This document shows, in pieces, positions 10,920-23,623 of a stretch of 64,000 nucleotides of DNA (within the stretch, counting starts at the first letter, position 1; every line of letters begins with the position of its first letter). The DNA lies in assembly GCA_963813025.1 (NCBI GenBank), contig CAWEXO010000012.1, positions 96,001 to 160,000 on the forward strand. Reading direction: 5' to 3'. The position numbers were made by a program, and so were the translations under genes. Source of the DNA: an uncultured Verrucomicrobiae bacterium. Lineage in GTDB: Bacteria > Verrucomicrobiota > Verrucomicrobiia > Chthoniobacterales > JAFAMB01. The notes under the pieces were generated by a model. That model did no database searches, had not been told where the DNA came from, and saw nothing but the letters and a program-made list of their open reading frames with translations.

Positions 10920-11040
10920 TAGGCTCAGAACCTACGCAGTAAAATTGATGAGTGTATCCGGTTGACTCACCACACAGGTATGAGATCTAAGTTTCGTGCC
11001 GCCCAAGCGGCCGGCGTGAGTACAGCGATCCGATTGATTG

Positions 11041-11183
11041 GAGCGTCAACGAGAACTTGTTTGACCGTGTCCGCCGTAGCTTCAGCGAAGGAGGAGCCGT
11101 TTTGGAGGTGTGGCATATCCCTATGTCCGGCTCAACCGAGTCCTCGCTAAAGCTCGGATAAATTTTCGCCCTACCGGCGCAGG
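11041..11183 (+). repeat. Copy of dispersed repeat containing an unoccupied IS110 target TAAATTTTCGCCCTACCGGCGCAGG
   Basis: The 25-mer at 11159-11183 is identical to the reverse complement at 58446-58470 and to the IS-split copy at 58604-58617/59248-59258; GAGCGTCARCGAGAACTTGTTTGA is shared with ~58474. Confidence 0.8.
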
Positions 11184-11425
11184 GCCGAAGCAACGTTGCG
11201 GGATAAACATCTTATTCGAGCCGCGCTCGCAGGGCGAGATGAACCTCCCGATTTGGCGGACACAAAAGCACTCACCAAACTTGCTTTGCTATCTCCGCCT
11301 AACCTCGCCTGCGTTAGGGTATTTTTATTGCCATTCGTATTTTTTTATTTCACAATCGGCTCACCAGCTTTTCCGCATCGGAAAAGGCGGCGATTCCAAC
11401 CACGCAAGCGGAGCGGCCTTCTTTT

Positions 11426-11893
11426 ATGAAACTAGCCATCTCGATTATTACCGCGGTCAATCTGGGGCTGACCTGCACTGTTCCAGCCGATAATTACGGA
11501 ATTTTAGTAGCAAAGGGGTATCGCTGGGTTGCTGTTCGCGGACCTTATGCATGCACTACTGAGCAAGGCGTCCAGCGAATTACCGGTCACCGCACCGATG
11601 CAACAGAATTGCAAATGATAGAGGATGGGGAAGCCTACTACCTCATCCCGGGAACGATCGTTCAGGTGGTCCAAGAGGATCCGGCTAATGGTATGTCGCT
11701 CATGCATTTGGGAGCCCTTAGTAGGCCCCTATGGACCTACAGCCGATTCCTCAGCAAGCATCCGAGCCGGGACATCTATGGAGTCATCGAGACGCCGGAG
11801 AACTCCGGCCTAACGCCGAGCGGCAGCGCCGTAATTATCCCAACGGCCTCTGATAAATCGACAGGTCGGACTCGGTCGAACGGAATTCCGTAA
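11426..11893 (+). CDS. Hypothetical exported protein
   Basis: Signal-peptide-like N-terminus MKLAISIITAVNLGLTCTVPA. Confidence 0.6.
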   Translation: MKLAISIITAVNLGLTCTVPADNYGILVAKGYRWVAVRGPYACTTEQGVQRITGHRTDATELQMIEDGEAYYLIPGTIVQVVQEDPANGMSLMHLGALSRPLWTYSRFLSKHPSRDIYGVIETPENSGLTPSGSAVIIPTASDKSTGRTRSNGIP

Positions 11894-12095
11894 ACCGCAG
11901 AAATTGTCAGTTTTGGACCGATGACGGCGAGTCCTGGGGATTCCTATGTCATCGAATTACTTCTCGGCGCGATATCCTTACACCGGGCACTGCAGGCGCA
12001 ACGCTTCTTTCTTTATCTCGCGACGCTAAAGACGTTCCACCAGAAATCGCGCGCCTCTTCCGGGGCGGGCGGATGATCGACTCGTTTGATCTGGA

Positions 12096-12812
12096 TCACC
12101 ACCTCGAAGCGGTCGGACGAAATCGCACGGTGAGATAAAAATTTTGGATACCGAAACGATCCAGAGGCAACTGCACGAGATGGTCCGCCTGCAATCCCGC
12201 TGGATAACGTACCCTGATCGGAAATTCGCCGGTCACCGCTCCATGTCCCTCGCAGCGCGAGCACTCGTAGGGTCCAACGCTCCCGTGACCGCGGCATGTC
12301 GGGCAGACCAGTCGCACTGGAACCATAATACGAACTTCGCCCCCCGCGAACGCTTGTTGAGGCGACAACGGGACTTCCACATTCAGGCTTTCCAGCAGTT
12401 CCGCTTTCGGTCGGGTAACCACATCGAAATTGCTCCACCAGCGCTCGAACAACTCATCGAAGGAGGGGGAAAACGTTTGGAACGACCGGGACAGAGAGAT
12501 ATCAGCGAACTCGCGCTTTGGTTGAGCCGTCACCAGGGGCTCGGCTCGGCGCCTACGTGGAATGATGGTTTCCGGCGGGCGCATCGCGCCCATGCGCCGG
12601 ATCGGAATTTCTTCGGTCTCACGGTCGTAAGTTTGCCGTCGGAGCGGGTCACTGAGAACATCGTAGGCCTCTTGCAGTTCGAGGAATCGCTCAGTGTCAA
12701 AGCCCGATCGGTCAGGATGAAGTTCGAGTGCACGCCGGCGATAAGCCGATCGGATCTCCTCTGAGGTCGCTTCAGGCGCCAGTCGAAGAATCAAATAGTA
12801 GTTCTTTCTCAT
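12096..12812 (-). CDS. DnaJ-domain co-chaperone with reduced zinc finger
   Basis: J-domain NYYLIL...HPD...LQEAYDVLSDP; two CxxCxGxG repeats. Confidence 0.88.
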   Translation of the reverse strand: MRKNYYLILRLAPEATSEEIRSAYRRRALELHPDRSGFDTERFLELQEAYDVLSDPLRRQTYDRETEEIPIRRMGAMRPPETIIPRRRRAEPLVTAQPKREFADISLSRSFQTFSPSFDELFERWWSNFDVVTRPKAELLESLNVEVPLSPQQAFAGGEVRIMVPVRLVCPTCRGHGSVGPYECSRCEGHGAVTGEFPIRVRYPAGLQADHLVQLPLDRFGIQNFYLTVRFRPTASRW

Positions 12813-12980
12813 AATCCACCTCCGGTTTCTCCGCGAAAGCCGCGATGGCGCTCGCGGCGATAATCTTATTTTTAGTCCTCCCCTTCAGGAAATCAATCCG
12901 TGCGCTGAGCCGCATTTCTCCCGCGCACGGCCGCCGCCTGTCACGATTGCTGCCTCGTTCATGCTGGTGGTTTTCCTTGT

Positions 12981-13325
12981 TTAATCTCGATTATCTTGTT
13001 GGCGGGAAGTCGATTTTTCGCCATCGACAACGCCTTGTTCTGAGAGGCCGGCCGCCAGACGTTTCAACGCCAGGCAGACCAACGCGGCGACGCACAGAAT
13101 CAGCAGCGACGTCCGAAGGTTGGATGCACTTGCAACCGAGATGCCGACGCCGGTGACCAGCGCCACATACGCCGCCACACAAGCGGGACATTTGGGCAGC
13201 AAGATCAGCGTGGCGCTCGGAATGATCCACCCGGCGATCTCACCGCCGCGCCGCCAGCGCGACGCGGGCTGAGGAGCGTTGTCGCGGTCCCGCGTCGCAA
13301 TCTGGCAACAGTGGCGAGTGTTCAC
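12981..13325 (-). CDS. Small Cys-containing membrane protein downstream of DUF899
   Basis: LLPKCPACVAAY plus two TM segments; overlaps DUF899 stop. Confidence 0.65.
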   Translation of the reverse strand: MNTRHCCQIATRDRDNAPQPASRWRRGGEIAGWIIPSATLILLPKCPACVAAYVALVTGVGISVASASNLRTSLLILCVAALVCLALKRLAAGLSEQGVVDGEKSTSRQQDNRD

Positions 13326-14149
13326 GCGTGAGCCTCCGCCGATTCACAGGAGCAGGTTGCAACCGATGACGCCTCCAGCGGGGGCCAGTAGGGCTTATCC
13401 GCGTCAGCGAACTCGTTGGTTCCGTAACGATCATGGTAGCGGACCCATTCCATCGTGAATGCCAAACTGTCCTCGTCGCGGCCTTTGGGCACCAGGTCGA
13501 GGATCATGTACGTACCGAGGAGGGATTCGAGGCCGCGCCCGTAGCTGGAGTAGGTGTGGAAGACGTCGCCGCCGGCATCCTTGTAAAATACGCTGAGGCC
13601 CGGTGCTTCCGCACTAGGGAATTCCTGCATCGTGTAGTTGTAGTTCACCTTGCCCTGGGCCATTTCGTCTTTCGTGAACGAAACATGGAAATCCGCATTG
13701 AAGTCACTGCCGTAGGACGAGACCCACCTGAACCGCCAGCCCATGCGCTTCTTGAACGGCTCGATTTTGGTAAGCGGCGCCCGCGAGACCATAACCATCG
13801 TCACGTCACGTGCCGTCAGGTGCGCGAGCGCGCCATCGATATGATCGGACACAAACGAGCAACTCGGGCAACCCTCGTTCCAGTCCGGCCCGAACATGAA
13901 GTGGTAGATGACCAGTTGGCTGCGTCCGCCGAAGAGGTCGGCAAGCCTCACCCTGCCCTCTGGCGTGTCGAAGAAATAATCCTTCTCGATCTTCACCCAA
14001 GGCAAGGCGCGGCGCTCGACGGCCAATCGGTCGTGCAGTCGCGTGAGTTCTTTTTCTCTGCTGAGCAGTTCCCGGCGGGCCTTAGTCCATTCCTCGCGAG
14101 AAACGACTTTCTGGTCTCGAAGCAGCGTATTGGTTTGTGGGGCGGTCAT
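13322..14149 (-). CDS. DUF899 thioredoxin-like protein
   Basis: RRALPWV, YHFMFGP, GCPSCSF, VFHTYSSYGRG, LDLVPKGRDE. Confidence 0.9.
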   Translation of the reverse strand: MTAPQTNTLLRDQKVVSREEWTKARRELLSREKELTRLHDRLAVERRALPWVKIEKDYFFDTPEGRVRLADLFGGRSQLVIYHFMFGPDWNEGCPSCSFVSDHIDGALAHLTARDVTMVMVSRAPLTKIEPFKKRMGWRFRWVSSYGSDFNADFHVSFTKDEMAQGKVNYNYTMQEFPSAEAPGLSVFYKDAGGDVFHTYSSYGRGLESLLGTYMILDLVPKGRDEDSLAFTMEWVRYHDRYGTNEFADADKPYWPPLEASSVATCSCESAEAHA

Positions 14150-14241
14150 ACTGTTTTTGTTTGTTTATTGGTTTGAGAGAATTTCAAAGGTCGGTCCCCC
14201 AGGGTTTTGATTAGGACGGGGAACCGTTTCATTTTCAGTAC

Positions 14242-14268
14242 GACGAACGACCACTGCCGATCAGGACA
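14242..14268 (-). promoter_or_regulatory. Putative ECF-sigma promoter (TGTCCT-N17-CGTC) upstream of DUF899
   Basis: Minus strand TGTCCTGATCGGCAGTGGTCGTTCGTC resembles TGTC/CGTC ECF41/ECF42-type promoters. Confidence 0.45.
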
Positions 14269-14491
14269 CGGGACTCCAATTCCTGACTTGTGAGACCTCG
14301 TTCGCCGTCTTTGCGCCAGCTAGGCAAACTATTCGAATGTATTGGGATCGGTGAGGCTTTTGCGCTAGTCTAGACGTGAGTTTTCCCGGTGCCCCAGAAA
14401 TCTGATGCGGTCGTGGTGGACTGCGGGCTCTGTACGTGAACCGTCACAGACACAGTCTCGCTCGCCTCCCGCCTAACGAAACTTTAACGCC

Positions 14492-15856
14492 GTGAACCTC
14501 TCTCCCGAATTTGTCTTCGCAGAAGAAGTCACAGTCGAGTATCCGACTTACGGCGTGGGCCAGCCGGAAAAGCATCCACTGTTCTTCGAGAAGCGGGTCT
14601 ACCAGGGATCAAATGGCAAAGTTTATCCCCTGCCCTTCATCGATAAGGTTTTTGATGTGCCTCAGGTTCGCCGGTATCGGGCGATCCGTTTGGAAAACCA
14701 GTTCGTCCGGGTTCTGCTTCTGCCAGAGTTCGGGGGCCGCATTCACGCGATCCAGGATAAAACCAATCAAGATTACGACATCCTTTATCATCAAAAAGTG
14801 ATCAAGCCGGCATTGGTCGGCCTGGCCGGTCCTTGGCTTTCCGGCGGAATCGAATTCAACTGGCCTCAGCATCATCGACCCGGAACGTTTATGCCGGCCG
14901 ATTGGGCCATCGAGCGTTCGGACGACGGCTCGGTAACTGTGTGGATGTCCGAGCACGACCCATTGAACCGCCTGAAAGGGATGCACGGCGTTCGGTTAAC
15001 TCCGGATTCAGCACTGGTTGAGCTGCGGGTCCGGTTGTTTAATCGAACCCCGTATTTGCAGACGTTCCCGTGGTGGGCCAACGCAGCGGTCAAGGTCCAC
15101 GAAGACTATCGGAGTTTCTTTCCACCCGACGTTCATTACGTTGCGGATCATGCCAAGAGAGCGATCACCTCATTCCCCATCGCCTCAGGTCGCTATTATG
15201 GAGTCGACTACCAACACCGACCGGGTGCGAACGATCTTAGGTCTTACCAGAGCATTCCCGTTCCCACCAGCTACATGGCGGTCGATTCCGCGTACGGATT
15301 TTTTGGCGGTTTTGACGACCGGGCAAAAGGCGGTTTCGTGCACGTGGCGGATCCGTCAATTGCACCCGGAAAGAAACAATGGACATGGGGTCATGCTGCC
15401 TTTGGTCGGGCTTGGGATCGCGAGCTCAGCGACGACGGAGTGCCTTATTTCGAATTAATGGGAGGCGTGTACACGGACAATCAACCCGACTTTAGTTACC
15501 TGCACCCCTACGAAACCAAGATCTTTTCCCAGTTTTGGTGGCCGATCCAGGGTATCGGGCCGGTGCAGAACGCAAATCGCCACGCAGCGATTCGATTTGT
15601 TCAACGCGCAGGGAGTCGTTGCGAGATCGGTTCGGTCGCGCCAAGAAAGATCCAAAACGCTTGTCTTATTATCGAGGATGCGAAAGGGCTTTGCGCGGAG
15701 CGTGCGATGGCTCTTCAGCCGGGGCACTGCTGGGAGACTGAGGTGTCAGTAGGTGCCACAACGGCTAAAGCGTGTTTCCGGGAAGTCTTGAATCTCGATC
15801 CCTCTCACTTTGAAGCCACCGCCCAGCTCAGGGCTTTGAATGTTTTAACCGCTTAA
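14492..15856 (+). CDS. DUF5107-domain protein, most of the usual TPR C-terminus apparently missing
   Basis: VYQGSNGKVYP, VIKPALVGLAGPWLSGGIEFNWPQHHRP, PGKKQWTWG, GVYTDNQPDF. Confidence 0.8.
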   Translation: MNLSPEFVFAEEVTVEYPTYGVGQPEKHPLFFEKRVYQGSNGKVYPLPFIDKVFDVPQVRRYRAIRLENQFVRVLLLPEFGGRIHAIQDKTNQDYDILYHQKVIKPALVGLAGPWLSGGIEFNWPQHHRPGTFMPADWAIERSDDGSVTVWMSEHDPLNRLKGMHGVRLTPDSALVELRVRLFNRTPYLQTFPWWANAAVKVHEDYRSFFPPDVHYVADHAKRAITSFPIASGRYYGVDYQHRPGANDLRSYQSIPVPTSYMAVDSAYGFFGGFDDRAKGGFVHVADPSIAPGKKQWTWGHAAFGRAWDRELSDDGVPYFELMGGVYTDNQPDFSYLHPYETKIFSQFWWPIQGIGPVQNANRHAAIRFVQRAGSRCEIGSVAPRKIQNACLIIEDAKGLCAERAMALQPGHCWETEVSVGATTAKACFREVLNLDPSHFEATAQLRALNVLTA

Positions 15857-15890
15857 TCTCCCCGTCGTTAACCCCCCAAGTACCAACATC

Positions 15891-16877
15891 ATGAAAAGAC
15901 TCGTTCTCATCTATTGCATCATCATCAGTGCACTCTTTGTATCCCTCCAGACAATCGCCCAAGCTGACCCGGTAAAGGTCGGATTCCTAGTGAAATTACC
16001 GGAAGAACCTTGGTTCCAAGACGAATGGCGTTTTGCTGAACAAGCCGCGAAAGAAAAGAATTTTGCCCTTGTCAAGATCGGGGCGGAAAATGGGGAGAAG
16101 GTGATGAGCGCGATCGACAACCTGGCATCCCAACAGGCGCAGGGATTCATCATCTGCGTGCCCGACGTCAAGCTAGGGCCGGCCGTCGTAGCTAAGGCAG
16201 CAGCCGATCATCTAAAACTGATGACCGTTGATGATCAACTGGTGGATGGCAAAGGTGCCCCTCTATCATCGGTGCCGCACATGGGGATTTCCGCCCATGA
16301 AATTGGCAAGCAGGTCGGCCAAGCGATTGTCGACGAAATGAAAAAGCGAGGCTGGAATATGCAAGACGTCGGCGCCATTCGAGTCACCTATGAGCAACTC
16401 CCAACAGCGCACGACCGAGTAACTGGAACGACCGAAGTGCTGCTCGCGGCGGGATTTCCCCGCGAGAATATCATCGATGCGCCCCAAGCGAGGACGGATA
16501 CGGAGAACGCGTTCAACGCCGCTAACATTGCGATGACGAAGAATCCGCGTTTTCAGAAGTGGATCGCGTTCGGACTGAATGATGAGGCCGTTCTCGGCGC
16601 GGTCCGGGCGGCGGAAGGACGCGGCTTCGGTGCGGACAAAATGATCGGGGTTGGGATCGGCGGCGCTCAATCGGCCATCGACGAGTTCAACAAACCGAAT
16701 CCGACCGGTTTTTTTGGTACTGTCTTAATCAGTCCGAAGCGCCACGGTTACGAGACGTCGATCCTAATGTACGACTGGATCACCAAGAACCAGGAACCGC
16801 CGAAACTAACCCTCACCAGCGGGAAGCTGATGAATCGCGAAAACCTGAAAGAGGTGCGCCAGGAGTTCGGACTCTGA
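15891..16877 (+). CDS. araF: L-arabinose ABC transporter substrate-binding protein
   Basis: GFLVKLPEEPWFQDEW, PDVKLGPAVV, NDEAVLGAVRAAEGRGF, SPKRHGY. Confidence 0.88.
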   Translation: MKRLVLIYCIIISALFVSLQTIAQADPVKVGFLVKLPEEPWFQDEWRFAEQAAKEKNFALVKIGAENGEKVMSAIDNLASQQAQGFIICVPDVKLGPAVVAKAAADHLKLMTVDDQLVDGKGAPLSSVPHMGISAHEIGKQVGQAIVDEMKKRGWNMQDVGAIRVTYEQLPTAHDRVTGTTEVLLAAGFPRENIIDAPQARTDTENAFNAANIAMTKNPRFQKWIAFGLNDEAVLGAVRAAEGRGFGADKMIGVGIGGAQSAIDEFNKPNPTGFFGTVLISPKRHGYETSILMYDWITKNQEPPKLTLTSGKLMNRENLKEVRQEFGL

Positions 16878-16895
16878 GGCAGCGAGAGTTGCATA

Positions 16896-18391
16896 ATGAC
16901 TTCCCTGCGCCTGAACGAAATCACTAAGAGCTTCCCGGGCGTCCGTGCGCTCGACAGGGTCACGTTTTCTGCAGAACCCGGCAGCGTACACGCTTTGATT
17001 GGTGAGAACGGCGCAGGGAAGTCGACGTTGTTGAGAATTCTGGGTGGCATCTATCAACCAGACAGCGGCAGCCTCACCGTTGGCGGAACGGAGCGCCATT
17101 TTCAGTCCGCAGCAAGCTCGATCGCCGCGGGGATTGCGATCATTCATCAGGAATTAAACTATGTCCCCAACCTGACAGTCGCCGAGAATCTATTGCTCGG
17201 CCATTTGCCGCACCACTACGGCTTCTTTCGCCGGCGCGATGCGATCCGCGTTACGGGCGGACACCTTCGAAGAATGGGAGTCCATCTCAATCCGCGTGCA
17301 AAACTGAAGACGTTGTCAATCGCCGAGCGACAAATGGTCGAGATCTGCAAGGCTTTGCTCCGGGAAGCCCAGATCATCGCCTTGGATGAACCTACGAGCA
17401 GTCTTTCTCATCGCGAGACCGAAATCCTATTTCGATTAGTAAGCGACCTCCGAAAACATGGTAAGATCCTGATTTATGTATCTCATCGTCTGGATGAGAT
17501 TTTTGAATTGTGCGACGCCTGCACCGTTCTTCGAGATGGCCATACGGTCGCGACCCATCATTCGTTAGTGGGTGTCAGTCGTGCACAGTTAGTTGAAGAG
17601 ATGGTTGGCCGTAAGATTAGCGATATTTACAACTACCGGCCTCGGTCTATTGGTCCGGTCCGGCTCGAGGTCAAGGCGGTGACTGGCAAACGGGTTGCCC
17701 GTCCAGTGAGTTTCTCCGTACACGGTGGAGAGGTCGTCGGATTCTTCGGACTGGTTGGTTCCGGCCGTAGCGAGTTAATGCACCTGATCTTTGGGGCTGC
17801 TCGCCCGCGTTCCGGCTCGATTAAGATCGATGGTAAATGGATCCGCGGACACCATCCAATAGACGCGATTCGGCGCGGAGTCGCTTTTTGTCCAGAAGAC
17901 AGGAAGGAAGGCGGGATCATCCCGATTCGGTCAGTGACCGAGAACATCAACTTAACGGCTCGACAACGGGGCGGTCTCCGAGGGTTTCTTATCGATTTCA
18001 GCCGCGAGTTCAAAGTCACTGATCACTTCATTCAGCGATTAGGAATCAAGACGCCAAGCCGGCGACAGAAGATTCGCTTCCTCTCCGGCGGTAACCAGCA
18101 AAAAGTGATTTTGGCGCGTTGGCTGAATCTGCCTAACTTACGCGTCATCATCATGGATGAGCCCACTCGCGGTATCGATGTAGGGGCAAAGCATGAAATC
18201 TATAATCTTATCTATGAGCTTGCCGAGCGGGGAGGCGCGGTAGTCGTTGTCTCCAGCGAATTGCCGGAGATAATCGGCATTGCGGATCGAATGGTCGTTA
18301 TGCGAGATGGAGCGATTACCGCGGAAATTCCACGAGAAGATTTTTCGGAGCATCTTGCGCTGAGCTTGGCTTTACCTGACGAGCAGGTAGC

Positions 18392-18395
<4 letters not shown>
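16896..18395 (+). CDS. araG: L-arabinose ABC transporter ATP-binding protein
   Basis: Two ABC domains: [36 protein letters not shown]. Confidence 0.88.
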
Positions 18396-20350
<1,955 letters not shown>

Positions 20351-20467
20351 CTGTACAGGATTTTACGTGCGCAAAGCGAAAAAGGCTTGACCGCAGTAAG
20401 GAGATCATGATATTCAACACCTATTGTATAAATATACATCCCCCAATTTCGATACAATTCCCGCTTC

Positions 20468-21151
20468 ATGCTGAACGAACGCGACCTTAAGCTCAAATCG
20501 GCGCAATACCGCAAAGCGTTGTTGCGCTTGATCAAAGCCTGTGGAGCTGGCCACACCGGGGGCGACCTCTCCTGTCTCGATATCCAAAAACAATGCAATC
20601 ATCCATTTAATCATGAAATTCCCCTACCTTCGTTTTCTTCTGCCCGCAGCAGCCTTTGCAAGTATGGCCGGTGCGGTTTCCACCGGCAGCGCCCAGGATT
20701 CGGCAAAGCCTCCGGTCTTTTCGACAAAATGGTCTCTCAGCCCCAACAACCTTCGACGAGCTGGAACAAGTGTTCCAAGCTGAAGGAATGGGTAAGCAAA
20801 GGCTACTTTAACGATGGTTTTATCTCGCTCGATCCGAACCAGGCAGCCCTTCTATTTGCGTCGTTCATAACGACGCCAGAGGTGGCCAAGCGACACATTG
20901 CCCAGTTCGGTTCGCCAAGCGCTGTGGTGGGGGTTCTACCGCCTGCGGACGCCCGATCGAATGACACACTGACGGGTCTCACGCTCCTCTACATCGGTTT
21001 TGGGGTCCCGTTCGGCGTGTTAGTAATGCGGGGATTCTTTCGTACCGTACCGACCGCTATTATCGAGGCGGCACGCATTGACGGTGCTTCCTATCTCCGC
21101 ATTTTTTTTTGTATCGCACCTCTCGCTGCTTGTCAGCCTACGAACTCTTAA
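20468..21151 (+). pseudogene. Mosaic of fragments: transketolase N-terminus, sugar-binding protein pieces, carbohydrate ABC permease C-terminus
   Basis: [13 protein letters not shown] (transketolase), [15 protein letters not shown] (SBP), [22 protein letters not shown] (EAA loop). Confidence 0.65.
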
Positions 21152-21175
21152 CCTTGAAAACCGTCCACGAAAACT

Positions 21176-22072
21176 ATGGACCCACTTTTTGTTCCTGAGC
21201 CGTCCAAAAAAGTCCGAGTAATCCTCAATACCGATGCTAAGAACGAGGCTGACGATCAGTACGCCATCGTTCACACGATTCTGACGCCGCTCTTTGACCT
21301 TCACGGTATCATCCCCGCTCATTTTGGAGACCGGAGAGGACCGGGCAGCCTGCGGGCCAGCCACGAAGAGGTCCTGAAGTTACTCGATTTGATGCACCTT
21401 AGGGGCCGCATCCCGGTTCATGCCGGCGCCGAAAAAGCACTCCCGGACGAGAAGACCCCGATTCCCTCCGACGGCTCGGCTTTGATCATTCGAGAGGCCA
21501 TGAAAGACGACGCCCGCCCGCTCCACGTCGCTTTTCTGGGTCCGTTGACAGACATGGCCTCAGCCGTGCTGGAGGAGCCGGCGATCGTGGAGCGCAATGT
21601 GCGCGTCATCTGGATCGGTGGTGAGGATTGGCCCGTGGGCGGGTCGGAGTTTAACCTATCGAATGACGTTACGGCAGCAAATCTGATTTTCCGCTCAAAG
21701 TTGGAACTATGGCAAATCCCGAGCACCGTCTACAAGAGAATGGCGGTCAGTTACGCCGAACTGGTGGAAAAAGTTTACGACAAGGGACCCCTCGGCAAAT
21801 ACCTGGTCGAACAGCTCGTCGAATGGAACAAGCGATACCATTCTCACGGTGCTATCGAACACCGGTCGCTCGGAGATTCGCCCGCCGTTGGCGTAATGCT
21901 GTATCCGGAATGCGGATGGTTCGACTGGTGCCCTGCCCCGGAATTCAACGCGGAAATGAATTACGTGCATACTGGGCGAAACCGGCCCATTCGCGTTTAC
22001 CACGCCATTGATCAAAGGTTTATTCTGGAAGATTTCTTCGCTAAACTGACATGGTTCACTCGGCGGCCATGA
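21176..22072 (+). CDS. Nucleoside hydrolase (IUNH family)
   Basis: NTDAKNEADDQYAI, LGPLTD, EFNLSND, SLGDSPAVG. Confidence 0.85.
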   Translation: MDPLFVPEPSKKVRVILNTDAKNEADDQYAIVHTILTPLFDLHGIIPAHFGDRRGPGSLRASHEEVLKLLDLMHLRGRIPVHAGAEKALPDEKTPIPSDGSALIIREAMKDDARPLHVAFLGPLTDMASAVLEEPAIVERNVRVIWIGGEDWPVGGSEFNLSNDVTAANLIFRSKLELWQIPSTVYKRMAVSYAELVEKVYDKGPLGKYLVEQLVEWNKRYHSHGAIEHRSLGDSPAVGVMLYPECGWFDWCPAPEFNAEMNYVHTGRNRPIRVYHAIDQRFILEDFFAKLTWFTRRP

Positions 22073-22164
22073 AGGGGCGCTTTTCCAGCAGGTCCAATGA
22101 TTTACCTTCGACCTTGGGTTTACCCGCAAAAACAGAAACTTGAGTCATAAACAGGCAGAAAGAA

Positions 22165-23592
22165 ATGGTTATGAGCGGCCAGCAAAAGACTGTGCTCGGC
22201 GTGATTGTCGGCAACCGGAATTTTTTCCCGGACAGCCTCATCAGCCAGGGACGCCAGGACATCCTTGAGGTTTTGCAGGAACAAAACATCGAGGCAGTTA
22301 TCCTGGACGAGCAAGCGACCAAACTTGGTGCAGTTGAAACTTGGGAGAGCGCTCGAAGGTGTGCAGCGCTTTTTGACGAAAACCGCCATCGAATCGATGG
22401 GATTCTTGTCGCATTACCGAATTTCGGCGACGAGAAAGGCGTCACGGAGACCATTAAACTCTCGTCGCTGCGCGTGCCTATCCTTGTTCAGGCTTACCCC
22501 GATGATCTCGGCAAGTTCGGCTTGGAACGAAGGCGCGATGCTTTCTGCGGCAAGATCTCGGTCTGCAATAATTTGTATCAGTACGGGTTTCCTTTCAGCC
22601 TGACAGAACTCCACACGGTCGCTCCGAAAACCGAGTCTTTCCGAGCAGATCTTCAACGATTTGTCGCTGTGTGTCGCGTGGTGAAACGACTCAAGAATGC
22701 GCGTCTGGGTGCTGTGGGGGCGCGCCCGAATGCATTCAATACAACACGTTACAGCGAGAAACTCCTTCAGGCATTCGGCATCAGCGTCAACACCGTTGAC
22801 CTCTCCGAGATATTTGGAAGCGCGGCTAAGATCGAAGATGGTGACAAGCGGGTGAAGGAACGTCTGGAATCAATTGGTTCTTACGTTCCGACCAGCGGGA
22901 TCCCGGCACCGTCACTGGTGAAAATGTCAAAGCTCGGGATTGTCCTCGATGATTGGATGCAGCGCTATGGTATAGACGCAACTGCGATCCAATGTTGGGA
23001 TTCACTTCAGCATAATTACGGAGTGAATGTCTGCACCCTGATGAGCATGATGAGTGAAAGCCTGCTGCCGAGCGCATGCGAAGTGGACGTGACGGGAGTG
23101 GCTTCGATGTACGCGCTGCAATTGGCCTCCGGCAAACCCAGCGCCCTGGTTGATTGGAATAACAATTATGGGAGCGACCCGAACAAGTGCGTGCTTTTTC
23201 ACTGCGGCAACTGGGCCAAAAGCTTTTTCTCGGATGTTAAGATGGCAAACGCGGAGATCCTTGCCACAACGCTGGGCACGGAAAATACTTATGGAACGGT
23301 AGCGGGTCGGACTCCAGCGGGTCCGTTTAGCTATGCACGTATCACTACGGATGATCGCCAAGGCGTGATCCGCGCCTACCTGGGAGACGGTCACTTTGTT
23401 GACGACCCGCTGGATACATTTGGCAGCCGCGCCGTTGTTGAAGTGCCACGCCTCCAGGAGCTGATGAAATATATCTGCAAGAAAGGCTTTGAACACCACG
23501 CCGCCATGAATGCCTCCCATACAGCAAAGATTCTAAGCGAGGCCTTCACAACCTATTTTGGCTGGGAGACCTACACGCACAGCGCCAGCTAA
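22165..23592 (+). CDS. L-fucose/L-arabinose isomerase family protein
   Basis: [42 protein letters not shown]. Confidence 0.85.
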   Translation: MVMSGQQKTVLGVIVGNRNFFPDSLISQGRQDILEVLQEQNIEAVILDEQATKLGAVETWESARRCAALFDENRHRIDGILVALPNFGDEKGVTETIKLSSLRVPILVQAYPDDLGKFGLERRRDAFCGKISVCNNLYQYGFPFSLTELHTVAPKTESFRADLQRFVAVCRVVKRLKNARLGAVGARPNAFNTTRYSEKLLQAFGISVNTVDLSEIFGSAAKIEDGDKRVKERLESIGSYVPTSGIPAPSLVKMSKLGIVLDDWMQRYGIDATAIQCWDSLQHNYGVNVCTLMSMMSESLLPSACEVDVTGVASMYALQLASGKPSALVDWNNNYGSDPNKCVLFHCGNWAKSFFSDVKMANAEILATTLGTENTYGTVAGRTPAGPFSYARITTDDRQGVIRAYLGDGHFVDDPLDTFGSRAVVEVPRLQELMKYICKKGFEHHAAMNASHTAKILSEAFTTYFGWETYTHSAS

Positions 23593-23623
23593 CGCTCAAA
23601 TCGTCATAGATAGACTTCATCAA

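Noticed and set aside
13433..14176. 247-aa ORF on the + strand
   Set aside because: Antisense shadow of the DUF899 gene
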